Below are positions 16,260 through 26,156 of a DNA stretch of 36,057 nucleotides, piece after piece. The position numbers and the translations under genes were made by a program. The notes beneath the pieces were generated by a model, which was not told the origin of the DNA, searched no databases, and saw only the letters and a program-made list of their open reading frames with translations. The stretch comes from a virus. Lineage: Duplodnaviria > Caudoviricetes. The stretch spans positions 1 through 36,057 of IMG/VR virus record IMGVR_UViG_3300022930_000022; one strand, written 5' to 3'. Position 1 is the stretch's first letter. The number at the start of each line of letters is the position of its first letter.

Positions 16260-16281
16260 GGTATACTTAAAAAATAATGGC

Positions 16282-16728
16282 ATGCCTAACAATACATCAA
16301 ACAAATTAAAATTCATGTGTTTTTCTGATGAATCTAAATTGAAAGAAATTGAAAATTATTTAAAATCAGAAAATTCAATATTAGATTTTAATAACGTTCT
16401 ACCTCTTAATGATCAAGAGCCTAGAGAGATATGGGGTACTAAATGGAATGCGTATTCAATACATAAATTACAGCCGGAAACATGGTCTTTAGTATATTTT
16501 TTTGAAACTGCTTGGAGTTACCCTATGCCTATAATAAGATGTATTTTTGATAAATTCCCTGACGTATACATTTCGTTTGATTCAGCTTGTGAAGGAGGAT
16601 GGTTTGCGCTGTCAATGAATAGAGACGACGAAGGAGGTAAAATAGAAACAATAGAATACACAACGCAATTAGGGAATGATCCTAAAGGAGAAATCCGTAA
16701 AGCTATTCACTCATCATTAGATTTATAA
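16282..16728 (+). CDS. YubB/DUF1281-like ferredoxin-fold protein
   Basis: MPN...N, LDFN..P, WGTKWN and FETAWSYP signature. Confidence 0.8.
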   Translation: MPNNTSNKLKFMCFSDESKLKEIENYLKSENSILDFNNVLPLNDQEPREIWGTKWNAYSIHKLQPETWSLVYFFETAWSYPMPIIRCIFDKFPDVYISFDSACEGGWFALSMNRDDEGGKIETIEYTTQLGNDPKGEIRKAIHSSLDL

Positions 16729-16730
16729 CC

Positions 16731-16838
16731 ATGCAAAACATCGAAGGATCAAAAAGCGCAACGGTAATAATATTACTATTCGTTGTGGTAGGTTTATTAT
16801 TTTTTGGAGGGGTTTATTTTAATTGTATAGCTTTTTAA
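16731..16838 (+). CDS. Small membrane peptide (35 aa)
   Basis: MQNIEGSKSATVIILLFVVVGLLFFGGVYFNCIAF, 2 nt after the upstream stop. Confidence 0.55.
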   Translation: MQNIEGSKSATVIILLFVVVGLLFFGGVYFNCIAF

Positions 16839-16862
16839 TATTAATTTAAATTACCAATACAT

Positions 16863-16893
16863 AGATCCAACGCTTAATCGGCTTGGATTTTTT
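16863..16893 (+). terminator. Probable intrinsic terminator
   Basis: AGATCCAA...TTGGATTT hairpin with a T run. Confidence 0.55.
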
Positions 16894-16935
16894 GGGTGCC
16901 GGGCGATTGTGCTTGGTGATAAATCTTGACGGATC

Positions 16936-17238
16936 ATGAAAAATCAAAACAACCTAGAATACATTAAAGACCAATTGCAAAGAGGTTTGATGACTACTGA
17001 GCAAGCGAATATTGAAATGGTTAGAATGGATAGGTTTTCTATAATTAAGAATAAGCTACCTCAATCAGTTAGACAAGCATTAATGAATGGGGTTAAGTCA
17101 GGTCAGCTAAAACGTAGAATGAAGTCTGATAAAAACCCTGAATACTTTTATCATCCTGAATTTGAGCATTTAGCCAAACAAGAAATATACAGCCAACAAT
17201 GTAAAGTAATTGAATCATTGAAGATGATTTGTAAATAA
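16936..17238 (+). CDS. Hypothetical protein
   Basis: 100 aa ORF. Confidence 0.75.
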   Translation: MKNQNNLEYIKDQLQRGLMTTEQANIEMVRMDRFSIIKNKLPQSVRQALMNGVKSGQLKRRMKSDKNPEYFYHPEFEHLAKQEIYSQQCKVIESLKMICK

Positions 17239-17323
17239 CATTTCCGTTTCCGTCAAGTGCGGGAATCTGCCAGCGCAACACTCAAAAGGTTTGCGCTTAA
17301 GGTGGCAACAAAGCGTGAATATT

Positions 17324-17623
17324 ATGGAATACAATTTAGAATACTTTATAGCAAAGTTCGAGTCCATTCCAGAAGAAAAATGGACAACTAGAACATTTGA
17401 CGATGGTAATGGCTGTTATTGCGCCTACGGGCATTGTGGCGATAGATTAGGTAAAGAAGATGGTAAGGAATCTATGGCTTTATCTAGAATTATAATGGAT
17501 AAAGGCCAAGCTTTCCCCTTTCATTTAGCTGATATAAATGATGGTAACGACAACTTCGTAGATGAATACGGTTCAACCCCGAAAGAACGTGTTGTGAACT
17601 ATCTGAAGTCATTGCGTAAATAA
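17324..17623 (+). CDS. Hypothetical protein with a CYCAYGHC motif (start MEYNLEY)
   Basis: ATG at 17324 preferred to the upstream TTG, which lies inside a hairpin. Confidence 0.75.
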   Translation: MEYNLEYFIAKFESIPEEKWTTRTFDDGNGCYCAYGHCGDRLGKEDGKESMALSRIIMDKGQAFPFHLADINDGNDNFVDEYGSTPKERVVNYLKSLRK

Positions 17624-17721
17624 TATTCAAAGTCCTTAGCCACTGGGCATCCAATCGGCAAGGCATAAAACAAGCGTGGGAGCGCAAGTGGTTTAAGTTA
17701 GTGATGGCTTGTGGCGTCTCA

Positions 17722-19740
17722 TCACCTATTAACCCTCTCCCATCTTTCCAAATCAGTATCGGCAGTGAGCAGAAGTTTAAATTCCTGTTCGCTGTTTCTT
17801 GCTATATCAACTTCGCAGTTTAAAACATACCCACGAGCAACCCACCCGTTATAAGCAAACTTAACGTATCCAAAAGGCGAACTATCAAATAAACGACGAG
17901 CATCGAACTGTAATTTTGCACCAATCGTAGCGATATGTGGAATAAAGTACTTAGCTGGTAAAGACCCGACTAAAACATCCTCATCCTCTTTAACTACTAA
18001 TCCCGCCTTAGTCGTACTCAGTTCCGTATTTTTATCCCCTGATGCAAAGTTGATATAACGATCATCCATTCGATCAAATACAGAATGCAAAAACGCACCC
18101 TTACGCAATAGGTTTTGTTTAGGTGTCAGCCCTAAATTATATGCGCTATCAGGTGATTTAACCCCGCTTACATTCTCATAAGAACTTCCTAATATTGGCC
18201 TGTAATACTCACCATCGAAATAGCAATCAACTATAAACGTATCATTGTCTGAACCAGTATCGTAAGTTCCCTTAGCTGTCTTCTTGACATTGTACTCAGT
18301 CCTAATCTTCTCGATACCATATTGATCCGCTCTATATGGAGATACCCAATCTTTAACGGTCTGAACACGTGTTATTGGTGTTTGCCAAATCTGTCCAGAA
18401 TTGTATTCTTGTTTACCATCTATATCGTCCGTGTTTCCGTCTTTATACCCGATCTTAAACCCAGACATCATGTAAGTTTCTGCGGGTTCTATTTCGCATT
18501 TACTCACTTCGCCAACATCGAGTATTTCCAGTGGCCTAGTAAAGTAGTTGCCGTTTTCAATCCGCAATACCCCGTTTTCAAGTCCAGCTCCAGCATCGTC
18601 TATGCCATTAAAGCATTGGAACAACTCTTTGAATGTGGTCTTTATTTTAGCCCCGTCAATCTCCCTTATCGCATCCCCTGATGTGAATATTAGATTAGCC
18701 CATCTGCCTGACCTCATTAAATAGCTATCTGCCAATTCCGAGCTAATACCCATTTTAACAGCTAAACGTTTTAACAGGTCAATTCCTTTTAGTCCTTTAC
18801 ATGGTGACGGGTCTGATACAGCTATGTAGTTAACCGTAAATTCGCCAGTTCCTAACTGTATTTGCTGAGCATTACCGATTCCGTTGACCCTCAGGTAGAA
18901 AAATAGCCGTTGCCCATTACTTAGCGTGAAATCATTATTGAAAGTAAATTCAAACGGCACAACAAGCGATGTGTCGCCAGACGAAAACAGGGTAGCGATA
19001 GTGTTATTTGAATTGTCCTTAACTAATATCTGAAATCCAGCGGTTGCCCCAGGAACACGAGAGAACAACCCCGACATATTTCCGCTTACATTTATATTGA
19101 CCGATCTATTAGCCTGTACAAACCAATTGTCAGAAGTGGAAAACGATCCGTCATTGACTTCTTGCCTAATTACATCCTGCACATCGATAAACCCAGATTG
19201 AAATGATGTAGTCGCTATCTCTGAGGCGGGTATATATCTTTGGTCGTTTCCAGTAAAAGGCTGGAATACCGAAGTGCTTTCTTCATTGAACTCAACCCCT
19301 GGCAGAATCATATTAACTACATCTGATCCCGTAAGCAGCAACTCGTACTTAATCGCATCCCGTGATTTTAAAGCCTCACTTGCTCCGCCCTGCATTAACG
19401 TTGTACTGAATACGACCCCGTTATCTTTAGCGCCTGAAAAGTCTATATCTCCTGAAAATGAAGTGTCGTATTGCAGTGTGGTCGGGTTTAATTTCTCTAC
19501 ATCAATCCTGACTCCTGCCTGTATGCCTTTAGAGTAGTAAGCCTGTCTTAATATCCGCGCTCCATCATAAACGAAATCCAACGGCAATCCCCATGCCCGA
19601 ATAACTCCGAAATACTCATTATCCCTTGTGTAATTTACTTTACTGTTTTTATCCCAACCTTGAGGTAGAAAGATTATCTCAGTCTTGATTGAGTTGTAAG
19701 TAAGGTAATAACGGAATTCAGGATTGCCGAGTAAGTTCAT
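17722..19740 (-). CDS. Tail-tip / baseplate hub-like protein
   Basis: 672 aa; first minus-strand gene after the tape measure; function from position. Confidence 0.7.
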   Translation of the reverse strand: MNLLGNPEFRYYLTYNSIKTEIIFLPQGWDKNSKVNYTRDNEYFGVIRAWGLPLDFVYDGARILRQAYYSKGIQAGVRIDVEKLNPTTLQYDTSFSGDIDFSGAKDNGVVFSTTLMQGGASEALKSRDAIKYELLLTGSDVVNMILPGVEFNEESTSVFQPFTGNDQRYIPASEIATTSFQSGFIDVQDVIRQEVNDGSFSTSDNWFVQANRSVNINVSGNMSGLFSRVPGATAGFQILVKDNSNNTIATLFSSGDTSLVVPFEFTFNNDFTLSNGQRLFFYLRVNGIGNAQQIQLGTGEFTVNYIAVSDPSPCKGLKGIDLLKRLAVKMGISSELADSYLMRSGRWANLIFTSGDAIREIDGAKIKTTFKELFQCFNGIDDAGAGLENGVLRIENGNYFTRPLEILDVGEVSKCEIEPAETYMMSGFKIGYKDGNTDDIDGKQEYNSGQIWQTPITRVQTVKDWVSPYRADQYGIEKIRTEYNVKKTAKGTYDTGSDNDTFIVDCYFDGEYYRPILGSSYENVSGVKSPDSAYNLGLTPKQNLLRKGAFLHSVFDRMDDRYINFASGDKNTELSTTKAGLVVKEDEDVLVGSLPAKYFIPHIATIGAKLQFDARRLFDSSPFGYVKFAYNGWVARGYVLNCEVDIARNSEQEFKLLLTADTDLERWERVNR

Positions 19741-19788
19741 TGTAACGGAATTGGTACATTCAAATATAGTGAATATGGTTTATATTTG
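19741..19788. promoter_or_regulatory. Switch module 1: dyad 19741-19758, leftward -7 box 19768-19761, 12 bp, rightward -7 box 19781-19788
   Basis: TGTAACG-GAAT-TGGTACA tt CAAATATA N12 TATATTTG. Confidence 0.75.
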
Positions 19789-19810
19789 GGTTCACTTAAA
19801 AATAACGAAA

Positions 19811-20284
19811 ATGAAATTATACGATGAATTTGAACATTCCATATTTAATGATTATAATCTAACCGACTTAATGGTGTTAGAAGAATTCCCTAAAAGAAAG
19901 CCTAAAATATCAAACGATTCAAAAGTTATGTCTTTGTTGCAAGAATATTTAAAAGATTTTGGAATATATCTTTTTGGTAAAACTCTGTTTAGGAAAGAGC
20001 AGGATGATTCAGAAAGCGGCATATGGGTTAGGTATTGTAGAATAGATGTTCATAGGATTCCTATTAAAAATCTTAAAATACTATCCCTATTATATGGTTA
20101 TAAAAATGTAATTATTGATATATCTTTATTTACTTGTGACTCATATAATCATTCTTTTGACTTTAATACCAATACAGGCGTTTGTCTTTTAAAGGAAAAT
20201 GTATACGGATCGTCTAAGCCTATTAAGGATTTTCAAAACATTAACGAATTAGTAGTTTACTACAGAAACAATTACCCTATTTAG
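19811..20284 (+). CDS. AT-rich hypothetical protein (start MKLYDEF)
   Basis: ATG downstream of the promoter box; the longer ORF-track start overlaps the divergent gene. Confidence 0.75.
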   Translation: MKLYDEFEHSIFNDYNLTDLMVLEEFPKRKPKISNDSKVMSLLQEYLKDFGIYLFGKTLFRKEQDDSESGIWVRYCRIDVHRIPIKNLKILSLLYGYKNVIIDISLFTCDSYNHSFDFNTNTGVCLLKENVYGSSKPIKDFQNINELVVYYRNNYPI

Positions 20285-20285
20285 T

Positions 20286-20573
20286 ATGCAAAAAATATAT
20301 ACAATATTAGGAATGATTATTTTTTGGGTAGCTTACTCAATAATATGCGCTTATATTATAGGGTTTATTTTCATTAGATTGAAGATGCTATTCAATAAAT
20401 ACATTGGCTTAGATTCTATAAAATACTTCTTTGGTAAAAGATACAGTAGCGAGTATATAAGAGAGGTTTATAGCTATTTTACTACTAAAGGCATTAAAAC
20501 TAAAGGTAGCAGAGGAAAAATATTTACTTATATGCTAAAATATAGGCTTAGAAATATTAGATCAGTTAATTAA
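20286..20573 (+). CDS. Basic protein with an N-terminal TM segment
   Basis: Hydrophobic N-terminus; stop overlaps the tape-measure stop. Confidence 0.7.
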   Translation: MQKIYTILGMIIFWVAYSIICAYIIGFIFIRLKMLFNKYIGLDSIKYFFGKRYSSEYIREVYSYFTTKGIKTKGSRGKIFTYMLKYRLRNIRSVN

Positions 20574-23542
20574 CCAACCCCATTCCTCCGTTTATACCCC
20601 TCTAGTTTATTAGCAGATAAAGTACTGCCAAACCAACCCCTATTAGATGTAGTAGGGGTTTTCTTTTTAGCTATCTGGCCTAACAAGCGGTTCCCTTTCT
20701 GATGCTCACCAATTAACGCCTCAACTTTCCATCCATCAGAGCCGAATTCTTTACTAATCAACTCAGGTTTAGCCATCATCCTAACTAACTTATCATGCGG
20801 AATAATCCGAGTTCCAGCTTGCAAATTTTTGATATTAGGACTATCACCTCCGATATAAGGTGACCCCGATGGAGGAAGGTACAATTCCGCTCCACCTTCA
20901 TCCGTCAAAGCCAACCCCCCCCGACTTGATGACGTGCCTTTAAAGTATTTAGGAATTGGCGTTGCTAATGCGGTCGCCAATTGAACTGCCCCGATACCAC
21001 CTATCAACAATGACAGAGGAATATTAGGTAAAGCCTCAACCACCGCAGATGCTGTATCGAAAATGATCTTTCCAATTGCCACGGCTTTATCGAACCTAGC
21101 TTTACGTTGATCTACGTCACGCTGTCTAGCTTCCAGTACTCTTTTTTGAGCCTCTGATCTGGCCTCGATAATCGCTATCTTATTGGCCTTTTCTTCTTCT
21201 GTACCAACCGAACGTTCAACGTTTTCAATATCACGTTCTGTACGCTTATCCAGCATATCGGATTCTTCCTGAATCTTGTTTTTCTGATTCTCAAAACTTG
21301 CGTTAACGAGTTCGATACCGAAATTAGCTACTTCACCAGCGAGTTCTTTTAGTTTATCGTTGATCTCCTTACGCTTTTCGGCTTTCTTTTCTTCTAATGC
21401 GATTTGATAATCTGCGCTGTTCTTAGCCAACTTATCTTCTAAATCTCGCAACTTCTGTTGATCCGAAACCGATTCTAAACCAAACTGCTTTTTAATATCA
21501 ATGATATTTTTAACGGATTGAATTTCTAACGCAACCGACTGCTGAAGTGCCTGACGTTGAATTTTTTCTTTCTCATCGTTATATTCTTTCTCATTAATCA
21601 GCCCTTTAGCAAATTGCTTAGATAGATTTAATAGCGCATTCTGAGAGGCTGTTTGAGCCGCTTTACTTTCGGTATCCAACAAAGTTAAACGATTAGCTAC
21701 TTGCGTTTCACCCAACTTCTTTAACGCTTCGATATGAGCTTTACGATCTTCTTCGAGTAGCTTATACCGTGTTTTGTTGACTTCGATTTCCGTATTTACA
21801 TCATCTAATAACCGTTGTTTTTCTACTAAATTAGCTTCTTGACCTTGGATTAATTTCTTTTGAGCATCCAAACGGTTTAATTGCTCCGACAAAGATTGAA
21901 AATTAGTCAATGCCGAAATACGTTCATCAAAACTATTCTGATCGTTTTCGTATATTTCTTTCTGAACTGCTTTTAATGCTTCTACTTGCGCTCTTTGTGC
22001 GTCGATAGCGTCTGTATTTGCTTTTTTAGTTCCAGTTTCTCCTTTACCGTTAAGGCTTAACCCGTTTTTCTTAGCATATTCATCAGATACTTTCTGGAGC
22101 TCTGCAAATAATTTAAAACCTTTCGCTGCTTCATCGTTCAAATCATTTACAGCGCCAATCCTAGCATTATTGGCATTGCCTAAGAAATTGGTTATGCCGT
22201 TGGTATTACCAGAGAATAACCCCCCTAGTGCTTGGCCAGATGCTTTCAGGTAATCTATAAAGGTATTATCGCCTGATGCACGTTTTTGAGCTTCAATAGT
22301 TTTTTCTGTAGCTATTTGTAGAGCCGCATTTGCTTTAGCCCTTAATAACATTGCCTCAACAAACGCGGGTGCCTTATCATTATAAAATGCTTCCGCTTCT
22401 GCAGCTGTCTTTAATTGCCCTGCTGTTTGGCCTATTCCTTCATTGTATATACGTAATACATCAGTACCAGAAATAACACCTGCTTTGAATTCAGTTATTG
22501 CAGTACCTAATTGGTTTACATCAGATATAGCTTTCTTGTAATTACTATCATCTAATGCGGTATCGGTTACTAATTCTTTAGCTGTGCGCTTGAATATATC
22601 TAACTGTTGTATGTATTCGATTATAGGCTCTGTAGCGAATCCAATTAGTCCAGCTATACCAACTCCAGGAAGAATATTAGCGATCGTTTTAAGGCCGTTA
22701 AATGCTTTTCCTAATGCGGATGAGTAATTACCCACATTACGTTGGTTACGTCCTGTGGCGCTTTCTAATTGGCTTACTTGTTCTGTTAAGCCTGTAATGA
22801 TTCGGTTAAGTCTTTGCCCCGCTGCACTTGCTCGTTCTTGTGGGGATTGATTATCGTAAACAGCGTTTAACCTGATGAGTGCCGCCCTCCTTTGCTCCAA
22901 TGAACCCTGTACAGCGTTAGCCTCGCGCACTTGGTTGCGTAATTCTAAATTACCCCTTCTTAGATTTTGCCTTTCTTCTTCTAATAAGAATGCTGCTGAT
23001 CTTCGCCCCGTGTTAGCTCGTGTAGTTGTGTTGACATTTGCGGCTGTAGCTTGGGTATTAGCTGTTATATCATTCGTTAATTGTCCTAATGCCCTGTCTT
23101 GTTCGTTTAAAGCATCGGTGACTTCTGCTGATCCGTTGGCGGTACTGTTATAAGCGTCGATCTCCGCTTGTGAATTAGATATAACCGTACGTGTCTGGCG
23201 TTCCATTTGAACGGTACGTTGGGAATCCCTTGCTGTTTGCCTATCTGCCAAAGCCTGACGTTTAGCTGCTATCGTTTCTTCAATCTGTTGGGTCTTTAAC
23301 TTAGCCTGTTGTAACCTTTCTTCTGCGAGTTGAGTTTTAGCTATAGATTGCCTTTGAGCTTCCGCCTTTTTATCGAAATCCTTTAAACCGTTTGCTTGGG
23401 CTAAAGTGTTGTTCATTTTTTCGGCAGCTAAGATCGTATCTTCAAATGCCGAACGCAATTTATCAACACCTTCTTTAGCCTTATCTAATTGGTCAAAGGC
23501 CGATTTGGCTATAATTTCATCTATTAACTCTTGATTTGCCAT
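20570..23542 (-). CDS. Tape measure protein
   Basis: 990 aa, helical and A/Q/E/K-rich, QRNVGNY motif, hydrophobic patches, C-terminal PKYFKG..GG; follows the chaperone gene. Confidence 0.9.
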   Translation of the reverse strand: MANQELIDEIIAKSAFDQLDKAKEGVDKLRSAFEDTILAAEKMNNTLAQANGLKDFDKKAEAQRQSIAKTQLAEERLQQAKLKTQQIEETIAAKRQALADRQTARDSQRTVQMERQTRTVISNSQAEIDAYNSTANGSAEVTDALNEQDRALGQLTNDITANTQATAANVNTTTRANTGRRSAAFLLEEERQNLRRGNLELRNQVREANAVQGSLEQRRAALIRLNAVYDNQSPQERASAAGQRLNRIITGLTEQVSQLESATGRNQRNVGNYSSALGKAFNGLKTIANILPGVGIAGLIGFATEPIIEYIQQLDIFKRTAKELVTDTALDDSNYKKAISDVNQLGTAITEFKAGVISGTDVLRIYNEGIGQTAGQLKTAAEAEAFYNDKAPAFVEAMLLRAKANAALQIATEKTIEAQKRASGDNTFIDYLKASGQALGGLFSGNTNGITNFLGNANNARIGAVNDLNDEAAKGFKLFAELQKVSDEYAKKNGLSLNGKGETGTKKANTDAIDAQRAQVEALKAVQKEIYENDQNSFDERISALTNFQSLSEQLNRLDAQKKLIQGQEANLVEKQRLLDDVNTEIEVNKTRYKLLEEDRKAHIEALKKLGETQVANRLTLLDTESKAAQTASQNALLNLSKQFAKGLINEKEYNDEKEKIQRQALQQSVALEIQSVKNIIDIKKQFGLESVSDQQKLRDLEDKLAKNSADYQIALEEKKAEKRKEINDKLKELAGEVANFGIELVNASFENQKNKIQEESDMLDKRTERDIENVERSVGTEEEKANKIAIIEARSEAQKRVLEARQRDVDQRKARFDKAVAIGKIIFDTASAVVEALPNIPLSLLIGGIGAVQLATALATPIPKYFKGTSSSRGGLALTDEGGAELYLPPSGSPYIGGDSPNIKNLQAGTRIIPHDKLVRMMAKPELISKEFGSDGWKVEALIGEHQKGNRLLGQIAKKKTPTTSNRGWFGSTLSANKLEGYKRRNGVG

Positions 23543-23590
23543 TGTAACAGGATTGGTACTTTCAAATATAGGTATAAGTTGGTATATTTT
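23543..23590. promoter_or_regulatory. Switch module 2: dyad 23543-23560, leftward box 23570-23563, 12 bp, rightward TATATTTT 23583-23590
   Basis: 23543-23571 is identical to 19741-19769 at 26 of 29 positions. Confidence 0.75.
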
Positions 23591-23621
23591 ATTCGCTCAT
23601 CGGATAACGACTTCTTTGCTG

Positions 23622-23668
23622 GGTAACAGATATGTTACATAAGGATTGGAGGGGATTAGGTATATTGC
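23622..23668 (+). promoter_or_regulatory. Near-perfect dyad GGTAACA-GATA-TGTTACA, 21 bp upstream of a TATATTGC box
   Basis: Best match to the dyad consensus; the box is 3 nt before the ATG at 23672. Confidence 0.65.
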
Positions 23669-23671
23669 GGT

Positions 23672-24031
23672 ATGAAGATAAAAGCTAACATTTCAATTTT
23701 GCATAATAATGTGACTAATTGCACATTTATCGCAAATGAAATAGATGATAAAATTCAAACAGGTACTAGAGAAAATGATTCTAATATTGAATGGATGGGC
23801 GATTTGTCTATACCAATAAAGACTACGACACCTATAACCGATAAAAATTTATTAGAATTAGATTTACCTTCATATGAAAATGGTTATTATTGTATAAATG
23901 AAAACCTCACTGTTGATTGCGAAGGAACAATTAGACTAGATAATGATTATACAACTAAACGTTTGTTTATTGCTCAATGCTATTCTATGGAAGAAGTTTT
24001 AAGTTTTATTGAAATTGCTAATAAAATATAA
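23672..24031 (+). CDS. Hypothetical protein
   Basis: 119 aa ORF. Confidence 0.75.
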   Translation: MKIKANISILHNNVTNCTFIANEIDDKIQTGTRENDSNIEWMGDLSIPIKTTTPITDKNLLELDLPSYENGYYCINENLTVDCEGTIRLDNDYTTKRLFIAQCYSMEEVLSFIEIANKI

Positions 24032-24032
24032 T

Positions 24033-24233
24033 ATGGACTTTAAATGGAATAGTGTTGCTGAATCATTGCCTAAAGAACTTAAAGAAGTACTTATGCTTGA
24101 CGTTAATACAAGCAAAAAAGAAATTGGATATTATGTAGATAATATTAAAGCTTTTTTAAGTTTAAAGGAAGTAAAAGGTAATTTCTTTAATACTACCCAT
24201 TGGTTTTATATACCAGAAACTATAGATTTTTAA
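24033..24233 (+). CDS. Second DUF551-like protein
   Basis: KWNSVAESLP...V...THWFYIPE. Confidence 0.7.
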   Translation: MDFKWNSVAESLPKELKEVLMLDVNTSKKEIGYYVDNIKAFLSLKEVKGNFFNTTHWFYIPETIDF

Positions 24234-24272
24234 ATAAAAACATGAATTTTTGATTTCACTTAAATAAATATT

Positions 24273-24467
24273 ATGGAAGATTTTAAAACAAGATTAATTG
24301 AGGAAAAAGATTTACTACTCGATAAAGTCACAAAATTAGGCAAGTTCTTAGCAAGCGATAAAACAGAAACTCTATCAGAAGGAAATTTACTTTTACTGGA
24401 AGAACAATTAAATGTCATGAACAGGTATCTAAACATTTTGATTATTAGAATAGAATTGATCGGCTAA
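24273..24467 (+). CDS. crAss001_48-like helical hairpin protein
   Basis: RLIEEK..L..K..KL..FL...LL.EQL.VM..YL.IL..RI pattern. Confidence 0.75.
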   Translation: MEDFKTRLIEEKDLLLDKVTKLGKFLASDKTETLSEGNLLLLEEQLNVMNRYLNILIIRIELIG

Positions 24468-24488
24468 TTTGGTTAGATCGGATTTGAT

Positions 24489-24521
24489 AAGCCCTTAATA
24501 TTAATTTGTTAGGGGTTTTTC
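24489..24521 (+). terminator. Intrinsic terminator
   Basis: AAGCCCTTAATA/TGTTAGGGGTTT hairpin with a T run. Confidence 0.65.
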
Positions 24522-24570
24522 TTTATATTGCGTAATTGTTACAAATCACCTATATTTGACTTATATACTG

Positions 24571-25164
24571 TTACTTACTAGAATTCTCACTATTAAACAA
24601 CTCAATATCCTTCAAGAACTCTAAAACAGTTGTGGTCTTAGCGTCAATATGAAAACCATTGAACTTAGATAATTGCCGTAAAAGCTTATAAAAATCTTCC
24701 TCTTTAACTTCCCCATCACTAGACTTATTCAACTCCCCTAATTCCCGTTCAGCTTCCTGACGTTGTATTACTAACTTCTTAGCCGATGATAGGGTTAACT
24801 TCAAATCCCGTTGCATCGACTCAGGTGTGTACGAATACCTAAACCCATGCCTACGTAAAACACCGATCATTGCCTCGCTATATGAATTCTCTAATATGGA
24901 TACCGCAGATGTTATTACAAACAGCTTACCATTGATTACCGTAACTTGCTTAATAAGATTCAGTATATGATCGCTTGACTTATTGCCAGATAATTCGTTA
25001 TACTCATCGAATATCGTTTCCCAGACTTCGCTTAGTTCTACCTCAGACTTATTCCGGTGCGCTGGCTCTGAATACAAATATTCCATTTCACCACGAACTA
25101 CGATTTTAATGAAGTTGAACAGCGGCAATTCTGAACAAGACCTGTAAATTGATCTACTTTGCAT
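24571..25164 (-). CDS. Putative tail assembly chaperone
   Basis: Last minus-strand gene before the tape measure; C-terminal IDAKTTTVLEF resembles chaperone tails. Confidence 0.55.
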   Translation of the reverse strand: MQSRSIYRSCSELPLFNFIKIVVRGEMEYLYSEPAHRNKSEVELSEVWETIFDEYNELSGNKSSDHILNLIKQVTVINGKLFVITSAVSILENSYSEAMIGVLRRHGFRYSYTPESMQRDLKLTLSSAKKLVIQRQEAERELGELNKSSDGEVKEEDFYKLLRQLSKFNGFHIDAKTTTVLEFLKDIELFNSENSSK

Positions 25165-25372
25165 CTATCTTGCCATTAAGGTACTGTATTGACCTCGCTA
25201 CCCTTTGCCCGTTTGCGCTGTTACGCTCTACCTCGTTAAGCATATTGTATAACTTCCTGTATGCGCGAACTTTGTTTATCATTTCGGTTTTGGATAGGTT
25301 GTTGCGTAAAATGTAGAATGCTAATACGAAAAGACCGATTAGGGCTGCGATTAGTATGCATGCTAATATCAT
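25154..25372 (-). CDS. Small protein with an N-terminal TM segment
   Basis: Hydrophobic first 22 aa; overlaps the next gene. Confidence 0.65.
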   Translation of the reverse strand: MILACILIAALIGLFVLAFYILRNNLSKTEMINKVRAYRKLYNMLNEVERNSANGQRVARSIQYLNGKIDAK

Positions 25373-25417
25373 ATCATAATTGTTACATTCAAATATAAGG
25401 AAATAAGGTTAAGTTTG
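25370..25417. promoter_or_regulatory. Switch module 3: dyad 25370-25387, leftward box 25397-25390, 12 bp, rightward TAAGTTTG 25410-25417
   Basis: CATATCA-TAAT-TGTTACA tt CAAATATA N12 TAAGTTTG. Confidence 0.75.
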
Positions 25418-25421
25418 GGGT

Positions 25422-25697
25422 ATGGATATTAGGAAGTTAAAATCACTGGTTAGAAAAACAGAAATAGCAGAAAATAAATTTCATACTAAATGTTCTGAAA
25501 CTGCGATGGAATTGTGTAAATATATGAACTTTGAAAATGAAGAAGAAGATTTTTTTCAGATTGACTTTCAGCCATCAGATGGAATCGTTTTAACCGACCA
25601 TTTTTCCAAAGTTTATGATTTAACTGGGATATTAAAACACATAAAGGAAAATGGTAAATTTAATAGTTACGAGGAATTAGGCTATTATTCAATTTAA
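25422..25697 (+). CDS. Hypothetical protein, probably leaderless
   Basis: ATG 4 nt after the -7 box. Confidence 0.75.
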   Translation: MDIRKLKSLVRKTEIAENKFHTKCSETAMELCKYMNFENEEEDFFQIDFQPSDGIVLTDHFSKVYDLTGILKHIKENGKFNSYEELGYYSI

Positions 25698-25699
25698 AA

Positions 25700-26149
25700 T
25701 CACATAAACCCCAACCCCGTAACAAGCGTAACATATTCCTTAACTCCAGTATAGAAAACACCAAGTGCATAAACTTTTCGGTTGTCTTTTGTTAGGCCGT
25801 ATATTTTCTCGCCATAAAGTTTAACTAATCGAGCAGACTTCTGATCCTTACTTGATATACTGAAGCCCGACGAATCCACATCGACTACGAACTGGCTTTG
25901 AAAACGGCCCGTAGAAGACAAATCTGGAATACCAAATCCAGGTTGTGGATTTATTGCATTCTTTTTAGCTGCGTATGTTCGCGATTTATACTCCCGAAGT
26001 TTAATCCCATCCGAGCGCATACCGAATTGATATAACTGCGACCTGTTTAAATCGATGATAGTTCGTTTAGTATCGTTCAGGATTTCGGGAACTTGGCCTT
26101 TAAGGTTAAGGTTTTCAAACTTTCGGAACATCCCGGCTATTGTGGTCAT
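25700..26149 (-). CDS. Putative tail completion/neck protein (start MTTIAGM)
   Basis: Basic; Y...Y...K and DLSSTGRF pattern of virion morphogenesis proteins; position in the tail unit. Confidence 0.6.
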   Translation of the reverse strand: MTTIAGMFRKFENLNLKGQVPEILNDTKRTIIDLNRSQLYQFGMRSDGIKLREYKSRTYAAKKNAINPQPGFGIPDLSSTGRFQSQFVVDVDSSGFSISSKDQKSARLVKLYGEKIYGLTKDNRKVYALGVFYTGVKEYVTLVTGLGFM

Positions 26150-26156
26150 ATGCGAA

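Noticed and set aside
19738-23571. Near-identical segments at 19741 and 23543 as recombination or inversion sites
   Set aside because: They are direct repeats that coincide with the dyad plus promoter box, no recombinase is nearby, and excision would delete the tape measure gene.
24571-25372. Programmed frameshift between tail chaperone ORFs
   Set aside because: No convincing slippery heptamer at the overlap; the downstream ORF has its own ATG and the upstream ORF looks like a membrane protein.
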